Source: Camelus dromedarius (lineage: Eukaryota). Taken from it: a stretch of DNA of 64,000 nucleotides. A program made the translations under genes and the position numbers. Of the stretch, positions 24,156-36,795 are shown piece after piece (the stretch's first letter is position 1; each line of letters begins with the position of its first letter). The notes under the pieces were generated by a model. That model saw nothing but the letters and a program-made list of their open reading frames with translations. It was not told the origin of the DNA and searched no databases. The stretch covers positions 12,836,001-12,900,000 of the forward strand of contig NC_087437.1 in NCBI RefSeq assembly GCF_036321535.1. The letters run 5' to 3'.

Positions 24156-24555
24156 AAAAACAAAAACAAAAACAAAAACAAAAACAAAAACAAAAGGCAT
24201 GAATTAGAGTCTGAAGTGCTAGTCCCCAATTGTGTGTCATTGGGCAAGATGCTTAAGTCTGAACCTCAGTTTTTCATAAAAAAACTGAAGCTCATCACCG
24301 TCATCACCATCACCACCTCCATTATCACCATCATCATCCTCATCACAGCATCCTCACTAGTACTGGGAAGCTGCTTATTATGGGTCACCTTTGCCTAGAT
24401 TATCTCTTTTAATCCTCACAGAAAGCAAAGATTAGTTTCCTCTTTTGACAGATGGGGAAATTGAAGCTTAAAGTAGAACTGACTTTCCCGAGCTCGTGCA
24501 GAAGGCAATGACTGAACTGGGCTGCTCCATGGCCCATTGTTTTAACCCTGTGCTA
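24156..24555. mobile_element. (AAAAAC)n, then two oppositely oriented MIR fragments separated by a (CAT/CAC)n tract
   Basis: tgtgtgtcattgggcaagatgcttaagtctgaacctcagttt (+ MIR); tttaatcctcacag...tttgacagatggggaaattgaagct (- MIR). Confidence 0.75.
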
Positions 24556-25092
24556 ATGAAAACTCTGCTTCTGTAACTTTTCAGAAAGAAATTTCCAAAG
24601 CATATTAATAATTACAGAGTGTTACTATCTTTTTATCTGGTAATCTCACTTCTGGGAATATTATAAGAAAATACGCCTATAAAAGTAAAGCAGATAAAAA
24701 CATTCATTGCAGCATTATTTCTCCTGGTAAATTATTGGAGACTTCCTAAATGTCCAACAAATGAGACAAGAGTAAATAAATAACGAGAGAGGACACAGAA
24801 TCTTAAATATTCACCATGAGGCCTATTTAGTAATGGAGTATAATTTTCACACAATTCACTCATTATGTGAAAAACTGGAATTTACCATTTTATCAACATA
24901 TGATGCTAATTCTGTACAATTTTGCATATGAGAAAAGAGTAGAGCGATACAAAGAAAAATGTCAAATATTTTTTCCTGAGGGGGTGATATTTTGGGTGAA
25001 TTTTTCTTCCGTTATTGTCATTATAATCTGTATGAAAAATGAATAAATTTGAAATTTTACCTGTATACACCTGCCTGTGTAACTCATAGAAC

Positions 25093-25659
25093 TGATACAG
25101 GAAAATGAATGTGGGGAGAGAGGACAGCTGTGTCCCAGGTCTTGGGTGAGCCCCTGGGACATACCCCGCCAAGTGTGGGTCCTTGGCTTTGCACAGAAAA
25201 GAGTTCAAGAGGGAGCCACAGTTGAGTAAAGGTAGATTTACTCAGAGACATACATACTCCGTAGACAGAGTTCAGGCCGTCTCACTCAGAAGGGAGAATG
25301 GCTACGAGGTGTGGGCTTGATAATTTTTATAGGTTCCAGTAACTTCATATGCTAACAAGTGGCAGGATTATTTCAACTACTTTGAAGAAAGGGACTGAGT
25401 TTCCTAGGAATTGGTCCACAGCCCACTTTTTGACATTTTATGGTCACTCTTGGAACTCTCCCGGCACCTGTGGGAGTGCCATTTACCATGCTAATATAAT
25501 CCAACGAGCGTATAATGAAGCTCAAGGTCTACTGGAAGTCAAATCTCCCGCTGTCTTAGGCCTCAAGGTCTACTCGAAGTTGAGTCTCCCACCATTTTGG
25601 TGTTAATTGCCGTGTCAGTCCTTGAATGGCCGTGCCCTGCCCCCTCCCTTCCTGTCTCA
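25093..25659 (-). mobile_element. MER41-like ERV1 solo LTR, copy 2
   Basis: TG...CA termini, flanks gaac/gaat; colinear with 26605-27120; carries TTCCTAGGAA (25401-25410) at the GAS position and a duplicated ctcaaggtctact module. Confidence 0.88.
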
Positions 25660-25848
25660 GAATCATTGTGAAGATCAAATAAGAAACTGTGTAAACTGGA
25701 TAAACTGTAAGAGAATTCAAACCCTCCCATTCAAGAGTCAGGCTGGTCTACCTAGGAGTAGAGCTCTTGCATTTGAACCAAGAGGAACCCTGGGTTACTA
25801 GGACAAACAGGTTTGGCGGCTCTTTTTATCCACTCTCACCATCTGGTC

Positions 25849-26193
25849 CAGAGGCCTGCAAACTAGGGCCCACGGGCCAAATCCTGCCTGCCATTTTGTA
25901 TGGCCTGTGAGCTAAGAATGATTTTTACAGCTTTAAGTCGTTCAAAAAAAAAAAAAAAAAAAAAAGAAAGAAAGATATTATTTCATGACACAGGAAAATT
26001 ACATGAAATTCAACTTTCTGTGTCCATAGTAATGCCTGTATTATGGGGACACAGCAATGCCTGTTACTTACTATCCATGGCTGCTTTCCGGAAGCAGTAG
26101 CAGAGTTGAATTGTTGCCATAGAGACCACTTGGCTCACAAAGCTGCAAATGTTCACTATCTGATCTTTTACCAAAAGAATTCACTCACCTCTG
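25849..26193. mobile_element. MER58B (hAT-Charlie)
   Basis: gcaaactagggcccacgggccaaatcc...tatggcctgtgagctaagaatg...tttcatgacacaggaaaattacatgaaattcaa...gcagagttgaattgttgc. Confidence 0.85.
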
Positions 26194-26604
26194 ATGTAGG
26201 TCAACTCGGTTCTCCAAATCTTGTCCTGGCCTCATGAGAATTTGCTTTCACAGATTTTTCTCAATTGTCCTTAAGTGGTTAGAAATGCTGCCTTTTCTTA
26301 ATGTTTAGATTTAGAAAAATGTCTTCAAAACATTAGGGATGGGGGCCGTTAAAAGGCCATGACACTGACCAGGGTTACACGGCAATGTTCGTTAACATGC
26401 AAACACATATTCTGGCAGTCATTCAGTGGGAGGCATCTTTGATCTATTCAAAGTGTGACCCACCTGGGCCTCTGTACCCTTGTCTGTAATACTGAAGCTG
26501 ACTGGATGATTTCCGAGGTCCCGTCCAGCTCCCCTTTTCTAAAGCGATATGTCATTTTAATAGCTTGTGGGTCTTCATGGCATTATGAATATTTTTGCTC
26601 CTTT

Positions 26605-27120
26605 TGATATTGGAAAAATGGGGCACAAGAGGACGGCCATGTCCCAGGTCCCGGACAAGTCCCTGGGATGCACCCCATCAAGGCGGGGTCCTTGGTTTTG
26701 TGCAGGAGAGAAGTCAAGAGTGAGCCAGAGTAGAGTAAAAGTAATTATTCAGAGATGCACACTCCATAGACAAAGTGCGGGCCATCTCAAACGGCAAGAG
26801 AGAGGCCATGAAGTGCTGGGTTGTGCGTTTTTATGGGCTTGGTGACTTCATAGGCTAACAAGTGGGAAGATTATTCCAACTACTTTGGGGGAGGGGCTGG
26901 GATTCCCAGGACCTGGGCCATCACTCACCCTTTGACCTTTCATGGTCAGCCTTGAAACTGTCCTGGCGCCTGTGGGAGTGTCATTCAGCAGCCCTTGTAT
27001 TACAATGAGCATACACTGAAACTCAAGGTCTACTGGGCGTTGAATCTTCTGCCATCTTGGTGCTAATTGCTGTGTCATTTTTTTTAATGGCTGTGCCCTG
27101 TCCTGTTCACTCCTATCTCA
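26605..27120 (-). mobile_element. MER41-like ERV1 solo LTR, copy 3
   Basis: Perfect 4-bp TSD CTTT (26601-26604, 27121-27124); minus strand reads TGAGATAGGAG...ACCAAGATGGC...ACACTCCCACAGGCGCCAGGACAGTTT...GAATAATC...CCATAAAAA...TGTCTATGGAGT, matching blocks recalled from MER41. Confidence 0.9.
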
Positions 27121-27175
27121 CTTTTATGATCTTCCTTACTCTGCCTGGGAAAAGTAACCAATCATGTTGAAGGCC

Positions 27176-27505
27176 AGGAGTCAAAACTTAACTGCCTACA
27201 TGGCCCGGAGATGACAAATACACGAGAGATCCCATCTGAGCTGATGCAGAAGTCATGGGAGGCGGGTGGCGGGCTGCCACCTCTCCCCATCGGAAGGGAG
27301 CAGCTGCGACTGGGCTCCTGCTGACCATCACATGCCACTAGATCATATTCTCAAGAGATAATAGAAAATATGGATTTTGATATGAAATCTTCTAATGTTG
27401 AATGCAGGCAACTGATTAAAAATTAGAAAAGAAAATGTAACCCACCCTCACCCCAGTCCCTACGTACAGAATGGGCCTCTGGGTTGCCATTTTAAGAACT
27501 CTTAT
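27176..27505. mobile_element. MER102-like hAT-Charlie element
   Basis: aactgcctacatggcccgg...gggagcagctgcgact...tggattttgatatgaaatcttctaat...ggcaactgatt...ggcctctgggttgcca. Confidence 0.7.
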
Positions 27506-27929
27506 GTCTGCTTGTAGGAGATTCTGACATAGCCCCCTACTGAGGCTGAACAGAGGTTCTCCAGGAACCTTCGTCTACGGGAAAATCCCTACTTTGGAGT
27601 CTGACATCAAGCAGAGCTGTCTGAACATGTGTCTCCAGATGGACTAGGGCCTTACCGTCACTTAGAACGTGAAGGATGTAAAAAAAGCTTTTAGTATCAT
27701 GGCTCTGAGTCTCGACAATACTATTTCCAAAGCTTTCTAGACACGTAGTCCTGCCAACCCTTGTCTCACTTTGAAGTTTACCTTTTCTTTGGCTTTATGA
27801 TGTTAGCTAGAATAGCCTGTTTAGCTCGATCAGAATGGGAGTAAAGAGCCAGGACCTTAAATGTAAACAACTTCTGCACACAACTCTTATTCCCTCTTCC
27901 TCCTAGGTTGTGGGGACAGGGGATGGATG

Positions 27930-28600
27930 TATTTATTCAGCAGATGTCTAATGCATGCCTGTTATCTGTAGGAATTGCTGCAGGGGCTGGGGATACCACA
28001 GTGAATGAAATAAAATTTCGCTCTTGTAGGATTTACATTCTAGGGTGGGAGAAAGACAAAAGATAAATATATGTAATGTTAGATAGTGACACTTGCTAGG
28101 AAAAAAATGAAGCCAAGTAAGGGAAGAAAAAGTATTATTTTTAATGGTATGGTTGTGGAGAGCCTTTCCAAGGAGGTGACATTTGAGCAGACACCCAAAT
28201 GAAGTGAGTAAGCCATTAGAATATTTCTAGATGGAGAGAACAGCAAGTACAAAGGCCCTGAGGTAGATTTCTTGTTGTGTTTGAAGACTGTCTATGGTGA
28301 AAGTATAGGTGGAGAGCAGTCAGGCAGGGGAAGAGTATAATAGGAAATGAAATCCAATAGGACTCAGATACCAGATCATATGGGTTCTTATGGATCTGGT
28401 GAAGACTTTTACTTTAAGAATGTAGGAAAGGGATTGGAGGGGTGACATCATCTGATTTACCCTTTAAGAGGCTCCCTCTGGTTGCTGTACCAGCGGGAAT
28501 TTGCAGCAAGGAGACCTTTAGGAGGTTATTGCATTGATCCAGGTGGATGGATAATGGACTAGGCTGGTAGAGGTGGATGTGCTGGGAAGCAGTTGGATTT
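27930..28600 (-). mobile_element. L2 3' fragment
   Basis: ggggctggggataccacagtgaatgaa...tttacattctag...aggtgacatttgagcagacacc...agcaagtacaaaggccctgagg...tctgatttacctttaagagg. Confidence 0.8.
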
Positions 28601-28836
28601 GACTGTTCTTCTAGTCGGTAGAGATAACTTCTGTGCACTGTGCGAGATGACTCAGAAGCCATTTTCTCTGAGAAATATTTCTTGAGTTGTTCTTCCATGC
28701 TAGGTTGGGTTTCCCTTTTCTGTGATTTCCCCAAGCAACCCATGCTCCCTTGATATTTTATTGAAATGCTTTATTATGTGTCTGTACCTATCTGTCTGTG
28801 AATTCTTTTTTCAAGATCCAAGACCATTGCCTTATT

Positions 28837-28980
28837 ATTATTATTTTTTTAATTTTTTTTTTTTTTGTTAGGAGGAGGTAATTAGGTTTTATAATTTTTT
28901 AGAGGAGGTACTGGGGATTGAACCTAGGACCTTGTGCATGCTAAGCATGCACTCTACTGCTTGAGCTATACCCTCCCCCT
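28837..28980 (-). mobile_element. Vic-1-type tRNA-Ala-derived SINE (camelid), long form
   Basis: Minus strand GGGGGAGGGTATAGCTCAAGCAGTAGAGTGCATGCTTAGCATGCACAAGGTCCTAGGTTCAATCCCCAGTACCTCC plus A-rich tail; perfect 17-bp TSD aagaccattgccttatt (28820-28836, 28981-28997). Confidence 0.92.
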
Positions 28981-30169
28981 AAGACCATTGCCTTATTTCT
29001 TTCTAGAGCCTGGCACCATGTTTGTACATATTTGGTGTTTAATGAGTATCTGTTGAATAGAAATATAAATCAATATATTAAGAAGAAAGATTGTTGGGAA
29101 GAAGGAAATTAATAGGGAGATAAGCTGAATTAAGTGTTAATACCATCCATGATTTGTGATTTTGGTGGAAAGCATTCGCGGACCTCAAAGACCTTGGGTT
29201 TGCTTGGTGGTCATGCTTTTCCTTGGTGGTCTTCTTATGTTCCTGTCAAATTAGATTGATTGAAAACTTCCCTTCAGGTAAATAGAATTTCAAGGCACCT
29301 TCTATATCTAGAAGTCCATGAAATAGAAAATTACTGAATATGATGCAACTTCTGAAATTTCATAAGAAAGATACTTTACATTTTTCTCTACCTTTGAGAA
29401 CAGATAGTAATTCGAAGCATATTGATGGTGGAGGGATAATTACAGACATGCCATTTATCTCTCAGCTCCTCTGAAACTGAAGCACTTAAACAATATGCTA
29501 TATGTTTATGCAGCCCCACATCCCATGTGTCAAATTTTCCTCTCTTCTGGATATGAGATATAGGAGAAAAAAGAGTCAAAACTCATCTTACTGCAGAAAT
29601 GCTTCACCTGTTGTTCATTTTCATGCGATAATACCAAAAAAGGAATAACATGAAATGTTTCTGCAGTGAAAAAAGGAAGATTAAGGTAAGCAGATTTGAG
29701 CCAAGGGGAGAGCAGGCAGGGACCAGACTCCTCGCAGGGCTTTATTCCTTACTGCTGTCTGGCTTTCTGTATTTGGCTAGGAAACGTAGGGTAGAATAAT
29801 ATGAAGAACTACCCCTTCCTTTGTTCATTAGTCAATCAATAAATTAACAAACAGTAGCAGACACCTGGTGCCAACTGGGAGAATTCCATCAGCTAGGATT
29901 TATTCTCCAACACAGGTAACAGAAAACCCAGGTGGACGTTACATTTCTGATGATGGGAAGGCCAGCAAAAGGCAATCCTGGGCAGTGATTGCTGCTTCGT
30001 GGAGGCTATTTCGGGCTCTCTCTGCAGCCCTCCCTTAGACTGGCATTTTCATTTTCATGGTTGCAAGAGGGCTGCTTCACCTCCAGCACTGGGTCTGTGT
30101 TCCAGACTTTTTTCATGTATCCTCTACCAAGCACAGTGCTCAGCTGATGGGAGGCATTCAGATATTTAT

Positions 30170-33065
30170 TTATTTATTTATTTAAATCTTTTTTTTAATT
30201 GAAGTACAGTCAGTTACAATGTGTCAGTTTCTGGTGTACAGCACAATGTCCCAGTCATGCATATACATATGTATATTTGTTTTCATATAGTTTTTCATTA
30301 CAGGTTATTACAAGATATTGAAAATAGTTATAGAAGAAACTTGTTTTTTTAAAAAATTTTATTTTTATATATAGCGGCTAAAATTTGCAAATCTCCAACA
30401 CTCAAATTTATCCCTCCCAGCCCCTTTCCCTGGTAACCATAAGGTTGTTTACTGTGTCTGCGAGTCTGTTTCTGTTTTGTAGATGAGTTCTTTGGTGTCC
30501 TCTTTTTTCTTCTCTTTTTTTCTTTTTTTAGATTCCACATATGAGTGATATTATATGGTATTTCTCCCTTTCTGGCTTACTTCACTTAGAATGATGATCT
30601 CTAGGTCCATCCATGTTGCTGCAAATGACATTATTTTATTCTTTTTTATGGCTGAGTAGTATTACATTGTATAAACACATCACAGCTTCTTCATCCAGTC
30701 ATCTGTCAATGGACATTTAGGTTGTTTCCCTGTCTTGGCTGTTGTAAATAGCACTGCTGTGAACACTGGGGTGCATGTGTCTTTTCGAATTAGAGTTCCC
30801 TCTAGATATATGCCCTGAAGTGAGATTGTTGGATCACATGATAAGTCTCTTTTTAGTTTTTTGAGGAATCTCTATACTGTTTTCCATAATGGTTGCACCA
30901 AACTACATTCCCACCAGCAGTGTAGGAGGGTTCCCTTTTCTCCACACCCTCTCCATAATTTATTGTTCATGGACTTTTGAATGATGGCCATTCTGACTGG
31001 TGTGAGGTGATACCTCATTGTAGTTTTGATTTGCATTTGTTTGATAATTAGCAATATTGAGCATTTTTTCATGTGCCTATTGGCCATTTGTTATGTCTTC
31101 ATTGGAGGAGTGTTTGTTTAGGTCCTTTGCACATTTTTTGCATTGAGTTTTTTTTTGTTTTATTGTTATTAAGTTGTATAAGCTGTTCATATATTCTGGA
31201 AATTAAGCCTTTCTCAGTCACATCATTTGCAAATATTTTCTCCCATTCCATAGGTTGTTGTTTTGTTTTGCCTATGGTTTCATTTGCTGTGCAAAAGCTT
31301 ACAAGTTTAATTAGGTCCCATTTGTTTATTCTTGCTTTTATTTCTATTGCCTGGGTAGACTGCCCTAGGAGAACATTGCTGAGAAGTATGTGAGATAATG
31401 TTTTACCTATGTTTTCTTCTAGGAAACTTATTGTGTCTTGTCTTATATTTAAGTCTTTAAGCCATTTTGAGTTAATTTTTGTGTGTGTTGTGAGGGAGTG
31501 TTCTAACTTCACTGATTAACATGCAGCTGTCCAGTTTTCCCAACACCACTTGCTGAAGAGACTGCCTTTTTTCCATTGTATATCTTGCCTCCTTTGTTGA
31601 AGATTAATTGACCATAGGTATGTGGATTTATTTCTGGGCTCTCTATTCAGTTCCATTGATGCATATATCTGTTTTTTTATGCCAGTGCTATGCTGTTTTG
31701 ATTACTGTAGCTCTGTAGAATTGTCTGAAGTCTGGGATGGTTACTTCTTTAGCTTCATTCTTTTTCTTCAATATTGCTTTGGCAGTTTTGAGTCTTTTGT
31801 GATTCCATATAAATTTTAGGATTGCTTGTTCAAGTTCTGTGAAAAATGTCCTGGGTAATTTGATATGGATCACATTAAATCTGTAGATTGCCTTGGGCAG
31901 TATGGCCATTTTTAATGATAATGATTCTTACAATCCAAGAGCATGGGATATCTTTCCATTTCTTTAAGTCATCTTTAATGTCCTTAATCAATATTTTGTA
32001 GTTCTCCATGTATAAGTCTTTCACCTCCTTAGTCAGATTTATTCCTAAGTATTTATTGTTTTGGATGTGATTTAAGAAGGGATTGTTTCTTTACTTTCTT
32101 TTCCTGATAATTCACTTTTAGTGTAAAGAAATGCAACTGATTTTTTCATGTTAATCTTGTATCCTGCTACCTTGCCAAATTCTTTTGTCAGCTCTAGTAG
32201 TTTTTGTGTGGAGCTTTAGGGGTTTTCGATATATAGTATCATGTCATCTGCATATAGTGACAATTTTACCTCTTCTCTTCCAATTTGGATCCCTTTTTTT
32301 CTTTTTTCTTGCCTGACTGCTGTGGCTAGGACTTCCAAGAGTGTGTTGAGTAGAAGTGGTGAGAGTGGGCATCCTTGTCTTCTTCCAGATTTTAGTGGGG
32401 ATGCTTTCAGTTTTTCACCATTGAGTATTATGCTGGCTATGAATTTGTCCTAAATAGCTTTAATATGTTGAGATATGTTGCCTCTATATCCACTTTGGTA
32501 AGAGTTTTTATAATAAGTGGGTGTTGAATTTTATCAGATGCTTTTTCTGCATCTATTGAGATGATCGTGTGATTTTTGTCCTTTCTTTTGTGGATGTGGT
32601 GTATCATGTTGGCTTATTTGTGTATGTTGAACCATCCTTGTGTCCCTGAGATGAATCTAACTTGATCGTGGTGTATGATCTTTTTTATGTGCTGTTGAAT
32701 TCTGTTTGCTAATATTTTGTGGGGACTTTTGCATGTGTGTTCATCAGTGATATTGGCCTGTAATTTCCTTTTACAGTAGTGTCTTTGTCTGGTCTTGGTA
32801 GCAGGGTGATGGTGGCTTCATAGAATGAGTTTGGGAGTACTCCTTCTTTTTCAATCTTTTGGAAGAGTTAGAGAAGGACCAGTATGAGTTCTTCTTTGTA
32901 TGTTTAATAGAATTCCTTGGTGAAGCCATCTGGTCCTGGACTTTTGTTTGTAGGGAGTTTTTTTTTTTTTTAAATTGCTGACTCTATTTCGTATCTAATG
33001 ATCAGTCTGTTTCAGTGGTCTATTTCTTCTTGATTCAGTCTTAGTGGACTGTATGTTTCCAGAAC
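30170..33065 (-). mobile_element. 5'-truncated LINE-1, ~2.9 kb (decayed ORF2 RT/C-terminal region and 3' UTR), inserted in an L2 tail
   Basis: ORF-track peptides [12 protein letters not shown]...[21 protein letters not shown]...KINSKWLKDLNIR and [19 protein letters not shown]...HCWWEC are L1 ORF2p, broken across frames. Confidence 0.95.
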
Positions 33066-33207
33066 AAATAAATACTTATTGAATAAATGAGTAAAATGGT
33101 GATTCAGTGGAAACATTTGAACTACAAAAGTAAAAAGCAAAAGCTTAGTGTTCCAAAGTATTTAACAGCCAACTATTGTCAGGGGATCTGAGCAATTTAT
33201 TTTTGCA

Positions 33208-33560
33208 TTGTTTCAGGTTGTGTTCTCTGGAAGTAGACACAGAGATGTAGCTTATGGTGCAGGATATTTATGAAGGATTAGGACCTCTGAAAGGAAACAG
33301 CTAAGAAGCAGAGTTAACCAGAGGAAAAAGCTGACATGCAGTGGAGACCAGAGAGGCTGTAGAGCATATGCTGTCTGTTAGAGTCGTCCCACACTGAGTG
33401 GAAGTGATGGGGTCTCCATCGTCACCTGATGCCGGCTGCTCTGGGAAGGCATGGGCTTGAGTGAGGTGTCCTCTGTAGCCAAGACAGTGACAGAGCTGCC
33501 AGCAGCACACGACCTGGTGATTGCACTCTCCACAGCTGGCTTCGAGTCCTTTCTTGACTA
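33208..33560 (-). mobile_element. ERVL LTR (LTR16A-like)
   Basis: tgtttcaggttgtgttctctggaagtagacacagagatg...gtgcaggatatttat...gggaaggcatgggcttgagtgaggtgtcctctgtagcc. Confidence 0.7.
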
Positions 33561-33817
33561 TTGATGCTAAAATTTAGAGGTGACTTTGCCCATTGAAGTA
33601 CAGCATCAGTAATTGGACAGAGTCTAACGTTTCAATAGCAGCAAGTTCTATGTAAAGCTGAACTGAACTGGAGGAACATGGTTTATAAATGGGATTTCCA
33701 ATGCAAGCTCCCCACTGTGTCAGCTGAGTATTGAATCTGAGCTTGGAGATCCCAAGGAGAGCCCCACCTTGTGGTTAGAAGAGGAAGGACTCATCTCAGG
33801 AGTGAGTGTTTTGCTTT

Positions 33818-34686
33818 TTTTTTTTTTTTAATTTCATTTTTTATTAAAACTTTTTTAAACATTTTTTATTGATTTATAATCATTTTATAATGTTGTGTCT
33901 AATTCCAGTGTTCAGCACAATTTTTCAGTTATACATGAACATATATATATTCATTGTCACATTTTTTTTTGCTGTGAGCTACCATAAGATCTTGTATGTA
34001 TTTCCCTGTGCTATACAGTATAATCTTGTTTATCTATTCTACAATTTTGAAATCCCATCTATCCCTTCCCACCCTCCACCCCCTTGGCAACCACAAATTT
34101 GTATTCTATGTCTATGAGTCTATTTCTGTTTTGTATTTATGCTTTGTGTTTTTTGTTTGTTTGTTTGTTTGTTTTTTTAGATTCCACATGTGAGCGATCT
34201 CATATGGTATTTTTCTTTCTCTTTCTGGCTTACTTCATTTAGAATGACATTCTCCAGGAGCATCCATGTTGCTGCAAATGGTGTTATGTTGTCGGTTTTT
34301 ATGGCTGAATAGTATTCCATGGTATAAATATACCACTTCTTCTTTATCCAGTCATCTGTTGATGGACATTTAGGCTGTCTCCATGTCTTGGCTATTGTAA
34401 ATAGTGCTTCTATGAACATAGGGGTGCAGGTGTCATCCTGAAGTAGGATTCCTTCTGGATCTATGCCTAGGAGAGGGATTCCTGGGTCATATGGTAAGTC
34501 TATTCCTAGTCTTTTGAGGAATCTCCATACTGTTTTCCACAGTGGCTGCACCAAACTGCATTCCCACCAGCAGTGTAGGAGGGTTCCCCTTTCTCCACAG
34601 CCTCTCCTGCATTTGTCATTTGGGGAGTTTTGAATGATGGCCATTCTGATTGGTGTGAGGTGACACCTCATTGTAGTTTTGATTTG
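33818..34686 (-). mobile_element. Young 5'-truncated LINE-1 with ~19-21 bp perfect TSD
   Basis: caggagtgagtgttttgcttt at 33797-33817 and 34687-34707; open ORF2p C-terminal frame 34177-34671 (HCWWEC...[10 protein letters not shown]...W..YTMEYY). Confidence 0.95.
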
Positions 34687-36221
34687 CAGGAGTGAGTGTT
34701 TTGCTTTCTATTCCTTAATAGGAGAGGACAACATGGATGCTTCCTTGATTTTAAAAATACATCTCTTTTTTCCCCTGGAATTTGATGATTATGTTTGTCT
34801 TCTGTGTATGGATAACTAGCAGTGCTTGCTTTTATAATCCTTTCACTTTGCCATTTGCTTCCATAGTAGGCCTTCCCATTTGTCTATCCATGGTACACAG
34901 CCCCCTCACTGTAAGTACATTCTTTCTGGTTACTTTCTTCCTCTCCGATGACTGCACCTAACCAAGGACCAAGCTAAATTCGGCTTAGGGAGTTTTTGCT
35001 TTTAAATAATGAAGCATTCTTGATAAGGTAACTGCTTTCAGGACTCTCTGGAATGACTTGATAGTGGTGTATTTTAGCCACTTTGGCATGAAGGGGAGAA
35101 ATATTTGGGAAGGAGAGGCTATGAGAGAGAGGGAGAGAGGGGCCAGACTTGCTTAACCTTGCCTAAAGTCAGTTCATACTATGTGGGTAGGAAATAAAAC
35201 ATATAATATATGTTAAATTATAAGCATATAGTTTGTTTTGGTTTGGTTTGTTTTTGAATAGTGCAAATAGTACATTTCCTCTCCCACCAATCACACTCTT
35301 CTTGGCAGACCCCTGGTGAGCACTCTTAGAGACACCCAAACACGACCGTGGAAGCACCGTGGAGACAGGAAAATTAAGTCCTTTTGGCGTTGAGGTTCCC
35401 AAGTCAAAACTATTATTAAAGGAAGTAAATTCCCTCCAATGAAAGCCTAGACATTTTTGACAAGAATCTCTTGTTTTTAATGAAATGACCTTGTTTTGAT
35501 TTTGCATTTTAAGCTTTTTATTGTGCACTTTATGCTGTTGTTATTGTTCGTATTGTTGCTTTTGAAGATTCTGAATAATGTCTTGATTATTTGGGTAGGA
35601 CATCACCTGTGCAAGCAAATTACTCTTATTAGAAATGTCCTGTTGTGTTTTGCTTTGGGAAGGAATATATGAAAGGCTCTGTGACTTTGTGAAGAAGGCA
35701 GAGCCTACTTTCAGCCACCCAAGGTGTGCTGCTTACCGTTTGACTTCCTCTGACAGGGTTGAAACTTGTTTGAATTGGCCCTTCACACAGGCAAGATGGA
35801 CAGAACTAGTGTCTCCCTCTTTGAAGAATTGGCATTTTAATGTAAAAGTAATTGTTTTCTGATGATAAAAATAATGCAACTTAATTTATAATGGAAACTG
35901 AAAAACAGAGAACAAGATAGAGATACAAAGTGAAGGTCTCCTGGAACCCTACTACCCAGAAAGAGCTGCTGTGAATATTTTGGTGTAACCTGATGAGTAT
36001 TTAAAAATTATCTATATATCTATAATTTATAGATAATAATATATTATATGTAATGTTTATACATCAAAAATTGTATAGGAATGTATAGACAATCTCATAA
36101 TTTTCCCTTTCCACTTAATTATTCAGAACACTGATTTTCTGTTAAAGCTGAACTTTCTAGTGGTTGCAAAGAATTTTAACCTGTGGAGGGATCAACTTTC
36201 GTTAAGCAGTTGCTGTCTTTG

Positions 36222-36572
36222 TGTTGTGAGAATAGGTTCTTGCCTCACACAGGAAAGAATTCAAGAGCGAGGCATGGTAAAGTGAAAGCAAGTTTATTTA
36301 GAGAGACACACACTTCTGGACAGAACTCAGAAGGGAAAATGGCTCAGGAGAAAGACACTCCATTGGCAGAATGTGGACCATCTCAGAAAGGTGAGAGGGA
36401 GAGAGACTGAGAGGCGTGGGGGGGGTTTAGTTTACAGTAAAAGTAGATCCACATTGCAAAGACAGTACAGGCTGTCTCAGAAGGTAAGAGAGAGAGCGAC
36501 CATGACCATGAGGTGTGGGTTGTTAGGTTTTATGGGCTCAGCAATTTCATATGCTAATGAATAGGAAGATTA
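36222..36572 (-). mobile_element. MER41-like ERV1 LTR, copy 4, lacking most of U3
   Basis: Colinear with 6351-6712, including the triplicated module; similarity stops at aataggaagatt. Confidence 0.85.
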
Positions 36573-36795
36573 GTAAAGGAGTACTAACTACTAACACAAA
36601 CTAACGTTTGTGACTTTGAAGTTATTCAATAAATAAAAGTTCCCATTAATCTTTTAGGTCATAGGAATACCTGAGGTCTTTATCTACTGGAAATTCTCTT
36701 CAGTTCATCTGAGATTATGTTCCTTTGGTTTCTTAGAATCAATGGATTTAGATAATTTGGATTTACTCTGCCCTGAGTTTATTACTTTTCTCTTA

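Noticed and set aside
24144..24398. ORF with KN repeats and a hydrophobic Ile/Thr stretch resembling a membrane protein
   Set aside because: It is the translation of (AAAAAC)n and (CAT)n microsatellites plus MIR sequence.
25093..27120. Two direct-repeat LTRs ~950 bp apart as a mini-provirus
   Set aside because: Each LTR has its own flanking 4-mer duplication, they differ substantially, and the spacer holds an ancient MER58B with no primer-binding site or viral coding sequence.
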